A stretch of 64,000 nucleotides of DNA from Desulfurococcales archaeon (GCA_027022365.1 JALVYU010000031.1:128001-192000); one strand, 5' to 3'. Counted from the stretch's first letter, positions 19,574 through 29,658 are shown. Notes: a model not told the origin generated them from the letters alone. Numbers and translations are program-made.

Positions 19574-21343
19574 GTGACGAATAATCGATCCTCTGTTCAA
19601 ATCCTAGTCGGAGGCCCCGCCGGAAGCGGTAATATTACGAGCGGAATTGTTTTAGCTCGAGCATTCATGTACATGGGCTACTACGCGGTCGGTGTATCCG
19701 AGTACCCTAGCCTAATAAGGGGAGGACATACCGCATACTGGGTCAGGGCCGGCACGGAGAAGATCTACGAGCTCGAAGACCATACAGACATAGTGGTGGC
19801 ATTTGATGAAGCGACGTTTCAGCGACATGGATGGGAGATCCATGAGGACAGCATCGCCGTATACGACCCCCAAGTAGTCAAGAACGTGCCGGAAAACATT
19901 AAGAAAACACCGATACCTTTCAGGAAGCTCTTAAGAGAGAACGGCTTGAAACCAATAACGATGAACATGATGGCTGTCGGCGCCGTCTCAGCTCTCCTCG
20001 GCCTACCACTGGATACAGTGTTGAAGAGCGTTGAGTACCAGTTCCGGGGCAGGGAGCGCGTTATCGAGGAGAACAAGAAGAGCTGTATGATAGGCTACGA
20101 GTATATGTCCTCGCAGCCCCTAAGCATCGAGCCTCCGAGGCTGGATGAGCCGAGGCCATGGGGCAAGAGAATAATGATCACGGGCAATGAGGCCATCGCC
20201 GTGGGCTTTGTTAAGGGAGACCTGAGGATGTATGTTGCCTACCCGATGACCCCCGCATCCCCCCTGCTACACTTCATGGTTAGGATGATCAAGGAGAAAG
20301 ACATCGTGACTATACAGGCTGAGAGCGAAATAGCCGCCGCCCAGATGGCCTTAGCCGCCTGCTGGACAGGGATCAGGGCTGCTACGGGCACGAGTGGAGG
20401 AGGATTCGCGCTCATGAACGAGACCCTTAGCGAGGCCGGGATGTTCGAAGCCCCCCTAATCATTGTTGTTGCGATGAGGCCCGGGCCGAGCACAGGCATG
20501 GCGACCCATAGTGCTCAGGAAGACCTGCTCTACAGTATATTCGCTGGCCACGGAGAGTTCCCAAGGATAGTTGTCGCTCCAGCCGACCAGGAGGATGCAT
20601 ACTATAGGGCTGTAGAGCTCCTCAACTTAGCATGGAAATGGCGTGTCCCAGGAATAATTCTTGAGGATAAGCACTTGGCCGAAAGCATTAGGACTGTTCC
20701 AGCATTCCGAGAAGACCTTGTTCTAGAGAAGGGTGCTCTCCTCTATAAGGAGGAGGCAGAAGAGAAGATCAGGAATGGCTGGAAATATCTCCCCTACCAG
20801 GTAACAGAGAATGGAGTGTCGCCATGGGTTCCGACGGGGACTGAGGGTGCACTGAACAAGAGCGATAGTAGCGAGCACGATGAACGAGGTATAGTGAGTG
20901 AAAGACCCCACATAGCTAATATGATGTACAAGAAAAGGATGAGGAAAGAGAAATACATTCTCGAAGACCTCGAAAAGAACTACGAGGTCATCAGGACATA
21001 CGGGTACCCAGTAGAAGAAGCAGACATAGTCGTATTGACGTGGGGATCAGCTACTTGGGCATCCTTAGAGGCAAAGAAGCATCTCGACAAGGAGGGCTTG
21101 AAGCTAGGCATAGTACAGGTTATCTATCTCTGGCCATTCCCGAAGAACAAGTTCAACGAAATAATGGGGAGGGCTTCCGGCAAACCAGTGTTCACGGTGG
21201 AGTATAACCTCAGAGGACAGCTCGGCCTCTTAGCGAAAATGGTGACGGGCTTCACAGTAACAGATCATATCGGAAAAATAGATGGTAGACCATTCAGGGG
21301 GAAGCAGCTCGCACAAGAAATAATCTCCCGTCTCAAGAGGTGA
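19574..21343 (+). CDS. 2-oxoacid:acceptor oxidoreductase alpha subunit (gamma-alpha fusion)
   Basis: YPSLIRGGH gamma-like N-domain; YPMTPAS, ESEIAA, TSGGGF, RPGPSTG. Confidence 0.92.
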   Translation: MTNNRSSVQILVGGPAGSGNITSGIVLARAFMYMGYYAVGVSEYPSLIRGGHTAYWVRAGTEKIYELEDHTDIVVAFDEATFQRHGWEIHEDSIAVYDPQVVKNVPENIKKTPIPFRKLLRENGLKPITMNMMAVGAVSALLGLPLDTVLKSVEYQFRGRERVIEENKKSCMIGYEYMSSQPLSIEPPRLDEPRPWGKRIMITGNEAIAVGFVKGDLRMYVAYPMTPASPLLHFMVRMIKEKDIVTIQAESEIAAAQMALAACWTGIRAATGTSGGGFALMNETLSEAGMFEAPLIIVVAMRPGPSTGMATHSAQEDLLYSIFAGHGEFPRIVVAPADQEDAYYRAVELLNLAWKWRVPGIILEDKHLAESIRTVPAFREDLVLEKGALLYKEEAEEKIRNGWKYLPYQVTENGVSPWVPTGTEGALNKSDSSEHDERGIVSERPHIANMMYKKRMRKEKYILEDLEKNYEVIRTYGYPVEEADIVVLTWGSATWASLEAKKHLDKEGLKLGIVQVIYLWPFPKNKFNEIMGRASGKPVFTVEYNLRGQLGLLAKMVTGFTVTDHIGKIDGRPFRGKQLAQEIISRLKR

Positions 21344-21349
21344 TCCCGC

Positions 21350-22228
21350 ATGTCTGTCTTCAGGCAACCCGTATCCGATACAGGAGCAGTTATCACTTGG
21401 TGTCCAGGCTGCGGCAACTTCGGTATACTTAGAGCCTTCAAGAAGGCAATAAACGATCTAGGGATCCCGCCCTGGAAAGTAGTGGTGGTCACAGGTATAG
21501 GGTGTCACGGCAAATTCCACAACTACGTTAATGTCAACACGATCCATACAATACACGGCCGAGTAGCACCGATGATAACCGCGATCAAGGCCGCCAACAA
21601 AGAATTAACAGTTATAGGCCTAGCAGGAGACGGTGACCAATACGCAATAGGTGTCGGCCACCTACCCCATATTATCAGGAGAAACCCAGACGTAACACTG
21701 ATAGTGCATAACAATAGCGTATTCGGCTTAACGACGGGACAGGCAAGCCCAACCTCGGAGAAAGGACAGATAACGAGGACCACGCCCTGGGGTCAGTGGG
21801 AAGAACGGTTCAACCCCATAGCGTTCGTGCTCAGCCAGGGAGCCAGCTTCGTGGCGAGAGGATTCGCGGGAGACGTTGACCACTTGACATGGCTGATAAA
21901 AGAAGCGATCAAACACAAGGGCTTCAGCTTCATAGACGTCCTACAGCCCTGTGTAACATTCGATAGAATACACACATATACATGGTACCGTGAGAGAATA
22001 TACAAGCTGGAAGAAACAGGCCATGATCCCAGTAACTGGCACGCAGCAATGAGCAAAGCATACGAGTGGGGAGACAAGATACCCATAGGAATATTCTACA
22101 GAGTAGAGAAACCTACGATGGAGGATCTACTGGATCCGATCAAGAAGAACCCGCCACTAGCATATCTACATCTGAAACCCAAGAAGATCACGGATCTGCT
22201 CGAAAAATACTTCTCACTAACAGAATAA
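21350..22228 (+). CDS. 2-oxoacid:ferredoxin oxidoreductase beta subunit
   Basis: WCPGCGNFG, GIGC, GDGD, GLTTGQASPT, QPCVTF. Confidence 0.93.
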   Translation: MSVFRQPVSDTGAVITWCPGCGNFGILRAFKKAINDLGIPPWKVVVVTGIGCHGKFHNYVNVNTIHTIHGRVAPMITAIKAANKELTVIGLAGDGDQYAIGVGHLPHIIRRNPDVTLIVHNNSVFGLTTGQASPTSEKGQITRTTPWGQWEERFNPIAFVLSQGASFVARGFAGDVDHLTWLIKEAIKHKGFSFIDVLQPCVTFDRIHTYTWYRERIYKLEETGHDPSNWHAAMSKAYEWGDKIPIGIFYRVEKPTMEDLLDPIKKNPPLAYLHLKPKKITDLLEKYFSLTE

Positions 22229-22488
22229 GATAACCCGGAGAAAATGATTTTTCAAAAACTTGATAGACCTATTGAGACCATACTTCATCAGTTTCTCCAT
22301 GCTCTAACAACATCTGAATTACCATAATAAGTGTAGAGTTAATCCAGCCCTATTTCAGGAGTAATACTAATAATAACAGGTACTGTTCCCGCTAGCAACA
22401 AGGCTTTATTTAGACAAGATTTTATCAAGCCTTCTACACATATATTGTTATTAGATTAAGTAGGCTGTGATTCTATGATGGCTGAACG

Positions 22489-23316
22489 GTGTCGGCCTTG
22501 TCTCTGATAAGACCCCCTGAAGGATACAGGTATATCTTGTTTATTAGCTTCGATCTAGATGCTGAGTCTGCAGAAATATATAGGGGAGCCGATCCAAACA
22601 CTCTCAGCCGTGGAAGATTCTCTGTCTACCGTGGAGTATACAAGATCCTAGATCTCCTCAAAAAGTATGGCGTCCACGTAACCTTTTTCGCTCCATCATG
22701 GGTTGTTGAGAGATATCCCGCGGTGATCGAGGCCATTTTATCGGGGGAACATGAGATCGCTGCTCATGGCTACCTGCATGAGAGGCTTGACCAGCTGAGC
22801 CTCGAGGATGAGGAAGAGATCTTTAGGAGAACTGATGAGATATTCAGAGACGTCGTTGGCGAGAGACCGCAAGGGTTCAGAAGCCCGTACTGGAGGTGGA
22901 GCAGGAACACTATAGAAGTCCTCTTGAGACACAGATATAGGTACGACAGCAGTTTGATGGACGACGAGATACCCTACCTCTTAAGGCATGGAGAAGGCTC
23001 TCTATACGAGTACCCAGTGGATTGGAGGCTTGACGATTGGCCGTACCTCGAGTACTATAGGAGCCTAACTCCACGACAATTGCTGGAGCAATGGCTTGAA
23101 GAAATCAGGTACGCCGAGAACGTTACTGGCTATGTATCAATAACAATGCACCCCCAATGCATAGGAAGGGGTGCTAGGATAAAGGTTCTCGAGAAACTAT
23201 TGGATCACGCCACGAGGACAGGTGCATGGATACCCCGCGGCAAAGACTTAGCGGAACACCTCGAAAGACTTCACGGGAACAGAGAGGTCGTAGTGCACGA
23301 GTACGTTGAGTACTAG
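22489..23316 (+). CDS. Polysaccharide deacetylase (CE4/PuuE-like)
   Basis: SFDLDAE, HEIAAHGYLH, GFRSP, YDSSLM, MHP. Confidence 0.88.
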   Translation: MSALSLIRPPEGYRYILFISFDLDAESAEIYRGADPNTLSRGRFSVYRGVYKILDLLKKYGVHVTFFAPSWVVERYPAVIEAILSGEHEIAAHGYLHERLDQLSLEDEEEIFRRTDEIFRDVVGERPQGFRSPYWRWSRNTIEVLLRHRYRYDSSLMDDEIPYLLRHGEGSLYEYPVDWRLDDWPYLEYYRSLTPRQLLEQWLEEIRYAENVTGYVSITMHPQCIGRGARIKVLEKLLDHATRTGAWIPRGKDLAEHLERLHGNREVVVHEYVEY

Positions 23317-23319
23317 GTA

Positions 23320-23400
23320 GGGAACAGGCGGTCAGGGCGCGACCTCCCCCCTCATAGCCGCTCGTAGGGGGCTCGGGCCAGGGCAGAGCTCCTCATCCCA
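23320..23400 (-). ncRNA. Candidate box C/D guide sRNA
   Basis: On minus strand: C AUGAGGA (23390-23396), D' CCGA (23373-23376), C' AUGAGGG (23349-23355), D CUGA (23332-23335); two 13-nt guides; GGGA/UCCC termini; GC-rich island. Confidence 0.65.
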
Positions 23401-23436
23401 CATGCCAGTATATTACTATGCCACCAAACATGTTTT

Positions 23437-23457
23437 TCTGGCCACAGACTGGCCAGA
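23437..23457. promoter_or_regulatory. Perfect 8-bp inverted repeat, candidate operator
   Basis: TCTGGCCA-N5-TGGCCAGA just upstream of a TTAAAAAA tract preceding a three-gene operon that includes an HTH protein. Confidence 0.5.
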
Positions 23458-23514
23458 CCCGATTAAAAAAATAGTTATCCATGAACAACATACGTAAAGT
23501 AATGGTGATAAAAC

Positions 23515-23940
23515 ATGTGCCCGGAAGAAAAACGTGTTGAGCCCGGAAACAAGGGCTCAGAAGCCAAAGAACTAAGAGAGATCTTCGACGCGATAGCAGG
23601 CTTCATAAAACAGATCAAGACTGAGCTCAAAGAACTATTCATGGTGAGCTTCGAGGCGCTCAACGGAGAGAAGCTCGGGGAAGAAGTAGCCAAGTTCTAT
23701 AACTCTCTCGTAGAGAAAGGTGTACCAAAAGAGCTAGCAGAGAAAATGACTATGGAGTTCTTCCATAAAAGGCTTGAAGCAGTACCCGATCTTGGAAAGC
23801 TATTATCAAGCCTCAAAGTATTCAGCGGTAAGAAGGGAGGGACACCAATGCAGGGCGGATTAAAGCCCGATATTGTTCTTAAAATTGGTAAGGAGAGAAA
23901 GGAGGAAAGAGAAGAGGAGGAACATAGGAAAGAAGACTAG
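23515..23940 (+). CDS. Hypothetical protein (helical, acidic C-terminal tail)
   Basis: GGTGA RBS; first gene of a three-gene unit. Confidence 0.75.
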   Translation: MCPEEKRVEPGNKGSEAKELREIFDAIAGFIKQIKTELKELFMVSFEALNGEKLGEEVAKFYNSLVEKGVPKELAEKMTMEFFHKRLEAVPDLGKLLSSLKVFSGKKGGTPMQGGLKPDIVLKIGKERKEEREEEEHRKED

Positions 23941-23981
23941 CGATTAAAGCTCTTTTTAATGCTGGTTGGCAGGGAACGTGG

Positions 23982-24413
23982 GTGGCATTGACCAATAGAG
24001 AAGACAGGCTTGAACGGCTTGAAAAACTCGTAGAAACAATACTTTATAAGTTAGAACAAATAGAGTCTATGTTAAGATCAACTGGAGACCCGGAATTAAT
24101 GATAGCAGCAGAACTAGTATCTGCTTTTTCCCTGCCGGCCACAAAATCTCTTGAAGCAGCCTCTATAGTCATGGATATTATGAAAAAGATCAGGCTACCG
24201 GATCCCATCAGTAGAGCAATCGTTGAGGTCATGTCGACATGCGAGCCCCTAACCATATCCGAGATAACCAGGAGAGTACGAGAACTGAGAGGAAAGGCGT
24301 CCCGAAGGATAATCAGGGAACGCCTGAAGAGGCTCGAAGAAAAACAAATAGTAGTACAAACCGGGGAGAAAAGAAGGCACTACATTCTAAGAAAATGCCT
24401 GGAAAAACGGTGA
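23982..24413 (+). CDS. Winged-helix transcriptional regulator with N-terminal coiled coil
   Basis: LTISEITRRVRELRGKASRRIIRERLKRLEEKQIV HTH-wing pattern. Confidence 0.75.
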   Translation: MALTNREDRLERLEKLVETILYKLEQIESMLRSTGDPELMIAAELVSAFSLPATKSLEAASIVMDIMKKIRLPDPISRAIVEVMSTCEPLTISEITRRVRELRGKASRRIIRERLKRLEEKQIVVQTGEKRRHYILRKCLEKR

Positions 24414-24679
24414 TATCAGCGGCAGGAATACTTCTCAGACTAATATGGCAGCTCGCCACACTACTATTAGAGCTCAAAGCGACCCTCTGGATTAAGAAGA
24501 TGATCTATAAGCGGAGATTCAAAGAAAAAATCAAAAACCTGCCTCCATCTCTACAGGAGGAACTAGTAAAATACTATGAAGAAAGAATAGACAAATACAC
24601 AATAAACCTAAAAGAAGTAACAAGGATGATGAGCTCGGGAAAACAGAGGCTAATCGATGAAGAAGGTCTTGAGTACTGA
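24410..24679 (+). CDS. Hypothetical protein
   Basis: GTG start overlapping the upstream TGA (GTGA); C-terminal part of tracked ORF 24239..24679. Confidence 0.6.
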   Translation: MISAAGILLRLIWQLATLLLELKATLWIKKMIYKRRFKEKIKNLPPSLQEELVKYYEERIDKYTINLKEVTRMMSSGKQRLIDEEGLEY

Positions 24680-25084
24680 ACATATTATATAAAATTATTT
24701 TGAATAAAGGTTTATTTGATTGTTCTAAAAAACGACTGGCTTCAACTTGTTTTTAATTTTACTCTTTCATTTCCTTGTAGAAGCTATAGTGAAACATTCC
24801 CCACAAATGCAGAATACAATGGTCTCTAATATGGAGAAATCGTACCTCATGTTTAATAGTTAGTTTACAACAGGTAAAGTATTGGCGGCCAGAAATAAGT
24901 CGTGTAACAACGGCTTACGGAGCTCTTAGAGTTCATGGGCTTAACAGCTCAATATCTCTAAGGGTCACCGGACGCTATCTCTGTACCATGAGGTTAGTCC
25001 CTTATGGGATAGAGATCCTCTGTATGAGTAGTTCATCTGGTTGTGATGAAAAATATTATTACCACGTTATGAATAATTTATAAT

Positions 25085-25603
25085 TTGATGGCAGGCTTGA
25101 ATATCAGATTAGTTCTGCTCACGATCTTTTTGCTCTTCGTTATCACGGGCTCGCTCATAGTTCTCGAAATTAATAGAAATGTTGTGATAAACCCCTACAA
25201 GAAGTATGTTGTTGTAAAGAAATATGATGATTGGGAGGTAATCTCTTGGCTGGAGCCTGAGAACATATTCCCTAATCAGAACTTTGTGATCGGTACAACG
25301 ATAAAGTATCTTGGTACCAAGACTTATAGGGCGTACGTGGTTTTCCCGATAGCGCACGAGATCACTGTTAGGAACGCCGAGAACGGCAGTATAGTTTATT
25401 CTTTTGTGGCTCCGACTATTACTCGTTTAGAGACCATTAAGCCGGGCACCACGTATAATTTCTCCATAGCGATAGGCCCCGGCCCTCATGCAATTAATCA
25501 TGTCTTTGCGCCGGGAAAATATATTGTCGAGTTAAAAGTAATAGTTCCCGCCACTAATTCTTCGGGCGTGGTCGATATTAATCTAAGGCTTAATGTGAGG
25601 TAG
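25085..25603 (+). CDS. Hypothetical membrane-anchored secreted protein (beta-sandwich-like)
   Basis: N-terminal TM; PGKYIVELKV Ig-like ending. Confidence 0.65.
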   Translation: MMAGLNIRLVLLTIFLLFVITGSLIVLEINRNVVINPYKKYVVVKKYDDWEVISWLEPENIFPNQNFVIGTTIKYLGTKTYRAYVVFPIAHEITVRNAENGSIVYSFVAPTITRLETIKPGTTYNFSIAIGPGPHAINHVFAPGKYIVELKVIVPATNSSGVVDINLRLNVR

Positions 25604-25632
25604 TAGTACAACAATGGATCATATTTAAAACA

Positions 25633-27339
25633 TTATTTTTCACGGCTTTCCTCCATGAGCTCAACTATTCGGAGCAAGGTCTTCCCCGCATCAGTGAGGC
25701 TATAGCTTTTTCCTAGGAACTTTGCCTTTCTCGCTATGATGAGCGCTGTTTTAACAGTATCTATGTCCAGCTTGGTCTCGTTCACAAGTCTTGCTATATC
25801 GTCCGTTCCTATTTCCTGTATCTTCATCAGTACCTTGATTAGCGGCGGATATATGGGTGTGGCAATACCTTTCTCGACACCCATCAATACCTGTTTCAGC
25901 ATTTCGCCGATATCTGTAAGTATTATGTAGCCTATCGGGGTTGTCTTGACATAGCCTCTTGTCTCGAGCTTATCCAGTACTATGTTTATGTCCTCACCAT
26001 ATCTCTTGAAGGAATCTATGATTAGTTCTCTCGGTAGGCTTTTGCCTACAGGGAGCCTTCTTATAATCAATGCTTCGAGGCCTGTGAGGAACAAGTTCTT
26101 CTCAGCACTCCTCGATGCTCTCTGGAGAGCTAAGCCGTACTTTGTCGGGCCCCCCGATCCGAGAATTCCTTGATCCTTGGCTATACTGATCCATTTCTCT
26201 AGAGGTCCTCTACATGCGTCAGCCTCTATAAGGCTCCTTGAGGCCAGTACTGATACGGGCTTAGATTGACCAGCACGAATTATTTCGTCTGCGTATTTAG
26301 TGGTCTTGAATGTTTCCTTCTTATTGAATTCTATGCGTTCTACGAGACCCATGGATTCTAAGTGGTAGAGGGTTAGCGTTATGCTATAGTATTCGCCGCA
26401 CCACTTGTTCTCCAGAATCTCTTTGAGCTTTTTAAGGGTTGGCGCTTCTTCGGGATTGTATTCGGTTTTCTTCCACTGCTCAACAATCTTCTTCAGTAGA
26501 AGGAGCTCCTTGGAGGATATACTGTACGGCGGGGTCTCTTCAGGTCGGCTTAGTAGCTTCCAGGCCCTGATAACTTGTTTTGCAGCCCTTGTCAAGGATC
26601 CCGTTCCTGAGACATAGCCTATTTTGCCTATTATACTTCTGATCTCGCCAGGTATATCCTCGCCTTTCTCGAGCCTGAGCAAAGCTTCGTATATAGTCTT
26701 GTTCAGAAGAACAGGTACCGGGGCATCAATATTTAGCTCCCTAAAAGCAATTCGTAGGAGCCTAGCTGGCTTGGTTAGCGATAAGTAGTGCCCGTACGGC
26801 ACGCTCTTCGTGATAAGCCCCATCGCTTCCAGAGAGTCCAGGAAGCTAGCCATACTATAGAAGCTCTTCTTTGCAGGCCCCTCCGGTACAGAAAGGATCT
26901 CAGCCGCCATCACCTTCGTAATCACTAATCTCTTCTCCATCGAATCAAGTGCTTCAATAACTTCATAGGCTCCGAGGGCTGAACCCTTCTGGAATAAGAA
27001 TCCTCTTTCCTCTACGAGTTTCTGGAGCTCCTCGGGCACGTAGCCGCCTGCCTCGACGCTGGCTTTTAGTATAGTATATATTCTCGAGTCGATCCAAGGA
27101 TCAGTGCTTGGCTTTCCAAGAGAATCCCAGATCTCAAGTATTCTTCTCGCTTGATCAGTTGTCCTGAACTTATCAGTATCCATTAAATCCACTAGTCCCT
27201 GCACATACATATCAATGAGTATCTGGAAATGTTCCTTCTTTGTACCCCCAACTATCTCCTTAACATCCTCAAGCGTAAACCATCCTTTATCCATCTTATT
27301 CTCAAGCACTCGAAGCATCTTCTGGGTGATGTATACCAT
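25633..27339 (-). CDS. DUF505-like protein (tandem winged-helix repeats)
   Basis: About 570 aa; repeated LE(A/S/T)xGL/YV...LT wing motifs; PWIDSRI. Confidence 0.65.
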   Translation of the reverse strand: MVYITQKMLRVLENKMDKGWFTLEDVKEIVGGTKKEHFQILIDMYVQGLVDLMDTDKFRTTDQARRILEIWDSLGKPSTDPWIDSRIYTILKASVEAGGYVPEELQKLVEERGFLFQKGSALGAYEVIEALDSMEKRLVITKVMAAEILSVPEGPAKKSFYSMASFLDSLEAMGLITKSVPYGHYLSLTKPARLLRIAFRELNIDAPVPVLLNKTIYEALLRLEKGEDIPGEIRSIIGKIGYVSGTGSLTRAAKQVIRAWKLLSRPEETPPYSISSKELLLLKKIVEQWKKTEYNPEEAPTLKKLKEILENKWCGEYYSITLTLYHLESMGLVERIEFNKKETFKTTKYADEIIRAGQSKPVSVLASRSLIEADACRGPLEKWISIAKDQGILGSGGPTKYGLALQRASRSAEKNLFLTGLEALIIRRLPVGKSLPRELIIDSFKRYGEDINIVLDKLETRGYVKTTPIGYIILTDIGEMLKQVLMGVEKGIATPIYPPLIKVLMKIQEIGTDDIARLVNETKLDIDTVKTALIIARKAKFLGKSYSLTDAGKTLLRIVELMEESREK

Positions 27340-27456
27340 GTGCTTCACCTAGCAATTCCATATTTCGTTGTACTATTTATATAGTTTATCATGATATGAT
27401 ACAATTGATTTTGATAAAATAATATTATACAATTATTATTACAAAGAAAAATTATC

Positions 27457-28275
27457 CTATATAGAATTAGCAAGTCTAATAATAGATGATGCAACAACAT
27501 CGGGCTTCTCATAGAGGATCATGTGCCCAGCGTCTTCGAGGATAATCAGTTTGGAGCTGGGTATAAGCTCATTTATCTTCTCAGCGACCTCGGGAGATGT
27601 AACTACATCGTCTCTTCCAACAATAATTTCGGCCTTGACACGAGTCTCTCTTAGTTTTTCAGGAGCCCTCCAACCATCAAAAAATCTAGAGTACCTGAAC
27701 ACATGTGGCGGCAAACTCTCAATATACTTGGTGTTATCCCACATGAAATCCTTGAAGATCTTGTTCGGGGTTCTAGGGCTGAAAAATATTTTCCGGTAAA
27801 ACCTTCTCGTCAACGGGTTGTTACTGAAGAATAATGGCTTCCAAAACAGTGGCGGCATATGAACTATTATCTTATCAATAAAATCCATTTTCAACTCGTA
27901 GGGAGGCCCGACAAGAAGCGTTGCTGGTATATCATTGTACTTAGCAATATACTCCATGGCAACTACGCATCCGAAGCTGTGCCCCGCGACAAGAGTCATA
28001 GCCGGATCAAGATCCAGCGACTCCATAATACCCCTAAGATCCTCCACATAATCATCAATACTTACAACCTTGGGCTTCTCAGAGCTACCATAACCCCTCA
28101 TATCTGGAACAACAACCGTATAGTTCTTCGTCTCTAGAAACCCTAGCACATGCTTCCAGTTATTCATCTGGCCAGGCATTCCATGCAATAATATAATGTT
28201 AGGATTGCTCCCTCTTCTTAGTAAGATCTTGAGTCTTACCCCATTAATGGTTAGATATACTATTTTGGGCTTCAA
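27457..28275 (-). CDS. Alpha/beta hydrolase
   Basis: LLHG, DMRGYGSS, GHSFG nucleophile elbow, GRDD, AGH. Confidence 0.93.
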   Translation of the reverse strand: MKPKIVYLTINGVRLKILLRRGSNPNIILLHGMPGQMNNWKHVLGFLETKNYTVVVPDMRGYGSSEKPKVVSIDDYVEDLRGIMESLDLDPAMTLVAGHSFGCVVAMEYIAKYNDIPATLLVGPPYELKMDFIDKIIVHMPPLFWKPLFFSNNPLTRRFYRKIFFSPRTPNKIFKDFMWDNTKYIESLPPHVFRYSRFFDGWRAPEKLRETRVKAEIIVGRDDVVTSPEVAEKINELIPSSKLIILEDAGHMILYEKPDVVASSIIRLANSI

Positions 28276-28491
28276 AACAACACCACATTATATTATTTAC
28301 GGTTTAATTATAAGGGTTTAATATTACTATGTTATCGATGATTTTTTATCTCGAACCACTACTATCTACGGAGCATCTTAATCTGGATAAGCTATTCGGA
28401 GTTATTAAAATAGTGATATGATGATTTGTGATACAAAGATGGTTCTCTTGTAATTAAACCCGAGCTAATAATAGATCTAATGAAGTAAAAC

Positions 28492-29157
28492 GTGGTGAGA
28501 GCCTTATTGTATGATAATGAGTATACTCAAGAGCTAGAGAAGGTCTTGTACAGGGTTTCAAAGACCCTTTTAAGATATTATTATGTCACGCTCGGAATAG
28601 TCTACATATGTTGGGCTATATGGGTATCCTTGATGCTTTTAGTTATGTTGATTGTGGCTTTCACCGGCGTCCCTTACTATGTTTATTACTCTATCATGAT
28701 ACCGTCCTGGCTCGTTATGCTTGTATTGAATTTCAAGAAAATTCCTGAAGTTATTAGAGGCACTGTCTCATTATCAGGGAGACCCATGGAGTTACAGATC
28801 CTCGCTAGGAGGATCCGTAGGCTCAGCTCTATATTCTGGATAGCTGGAGTTATAGTATATATCGTTATGATCGTTATAATACCATTGATTAATAAATCAT
28901 ACATAAATACTTCGTCGGCCTCGGGATTAATAGTATTGCTAGCAACAGGTAATCTAGGAATATTTTATTCTCTCAAGAAATATAGTGGCATGTGTATCAA
29001 AATACCAGTTATAATTGTCTTAGGAATGTATATTGCAGCCCTACTGCTTTTCGCTATAAGTGGAGCCGTCATTTTCATTTGGAGCTATGCCGTGAGTGTA
29101 TTAGTGGTTTCATATTTATCGTTTGCACTATATTGTCTCCTATTATCTATAAGGTGA
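28492..29157 (+). CDS. Hypothetical integral membrane protein
   Basis: About six hydrophobic segments; paired with a downstream wHTH gene. Confidence 0.75.
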   Translation: MVRALLYDNEYTQELEKVLYRVSKTLLRYYYVTLGIVYICWAIWVSLMLLVMLIVAFTGVPYYVYYSIMIPSWLVMLVLNFKKIPEVIRGTVSLSGRPMELQILARRIRRLSSIFWIAGVIVYIVMIVIIPLINKSYINTSSASGLIVLLATGNLGIFYSLKKYSGMCIKIPVIIVLGMYIAALLLFAISGAVIFIWSYAVSVLVVSYLSFALYCLLLSIR

Positions 29158-29171
29158 CCTGTTTTACAGCG

Positions 29172-29504
29172 ATGATGCGTATGAGAGACTCTACAAAGAA
29201 AATCATTGAACTACTCAGGAAAAGAGGATTTAGCTCTTCTATCAGATTGGGTATTATGATCTATCTCCTGGCTAAGAAAAAAGTGTTCTTCATGGATATG
29301 GTGAGCGATCTTAATATCACTCCTGGAAATCTATGGAGCCACTTGATCAAGCTTCAAGAGGAGGGATACGTAGAGATCAAGTATGTTTTATCAGGCCGTC
29401 CGAGAAGACTAGTAGTTCTAACAAATAAAGGAGCTGATGAAATACTGTGTCTTCTCAATGAGATAACAAAAATACTAAACCTACTAGGTGTCAATGAAAC
29501 TTAA
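29172..29504 (+). CDS. Winged-helix DNA-binding protein (HTH_34/MarR-like)
   Basis: IRLGIMIYL...TPGNLWSHLIKLQEEGYV...LTNKG; start set to ATG 29172. Confidence 0.82.
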   Translation: MMRMRDSTKKIIELLRKRGFSSSIRLGIMIYLLAKKKVFFMDMVSDLNITPGNLWSHLIKLQEEGYVEIKYVLSGRPRRLVVLTNKGADEILCLLNEITKILNLLGVNET

Positions 29505-29658
29505 TTAGCAGTATGAGGGAACATAATTGAATTATTTACGTACCTCTAGAGAAGAAAATTAATGCTAGTATCAATCAGGCTCTAGGACGCCCTTAAAACC
29601 GGAATCGCGGCCGGTTCATTAATTACAGACAATATATTCAACATAAATGGGATGAGCA

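Noticed and set aside
23320-23400. GC-rich island considered as a tRNA
   Set aside because: No TTCRA T-loop or cloverleaf; the C/D box layout fits better
24239-24409. Long upstream extensions of ORFs 24239..24679 and 28992..29504
   Set aside because: They overlap upstream genes in another frame; downstream starts at 24410 and 29172 fit operon spacing
29597-29616. AACCGG-N8-CCGGTT inverted repeat upstream of the SAMP gene
   Set aside because: Six-bp arms and no second copy noticed; compatible with chance
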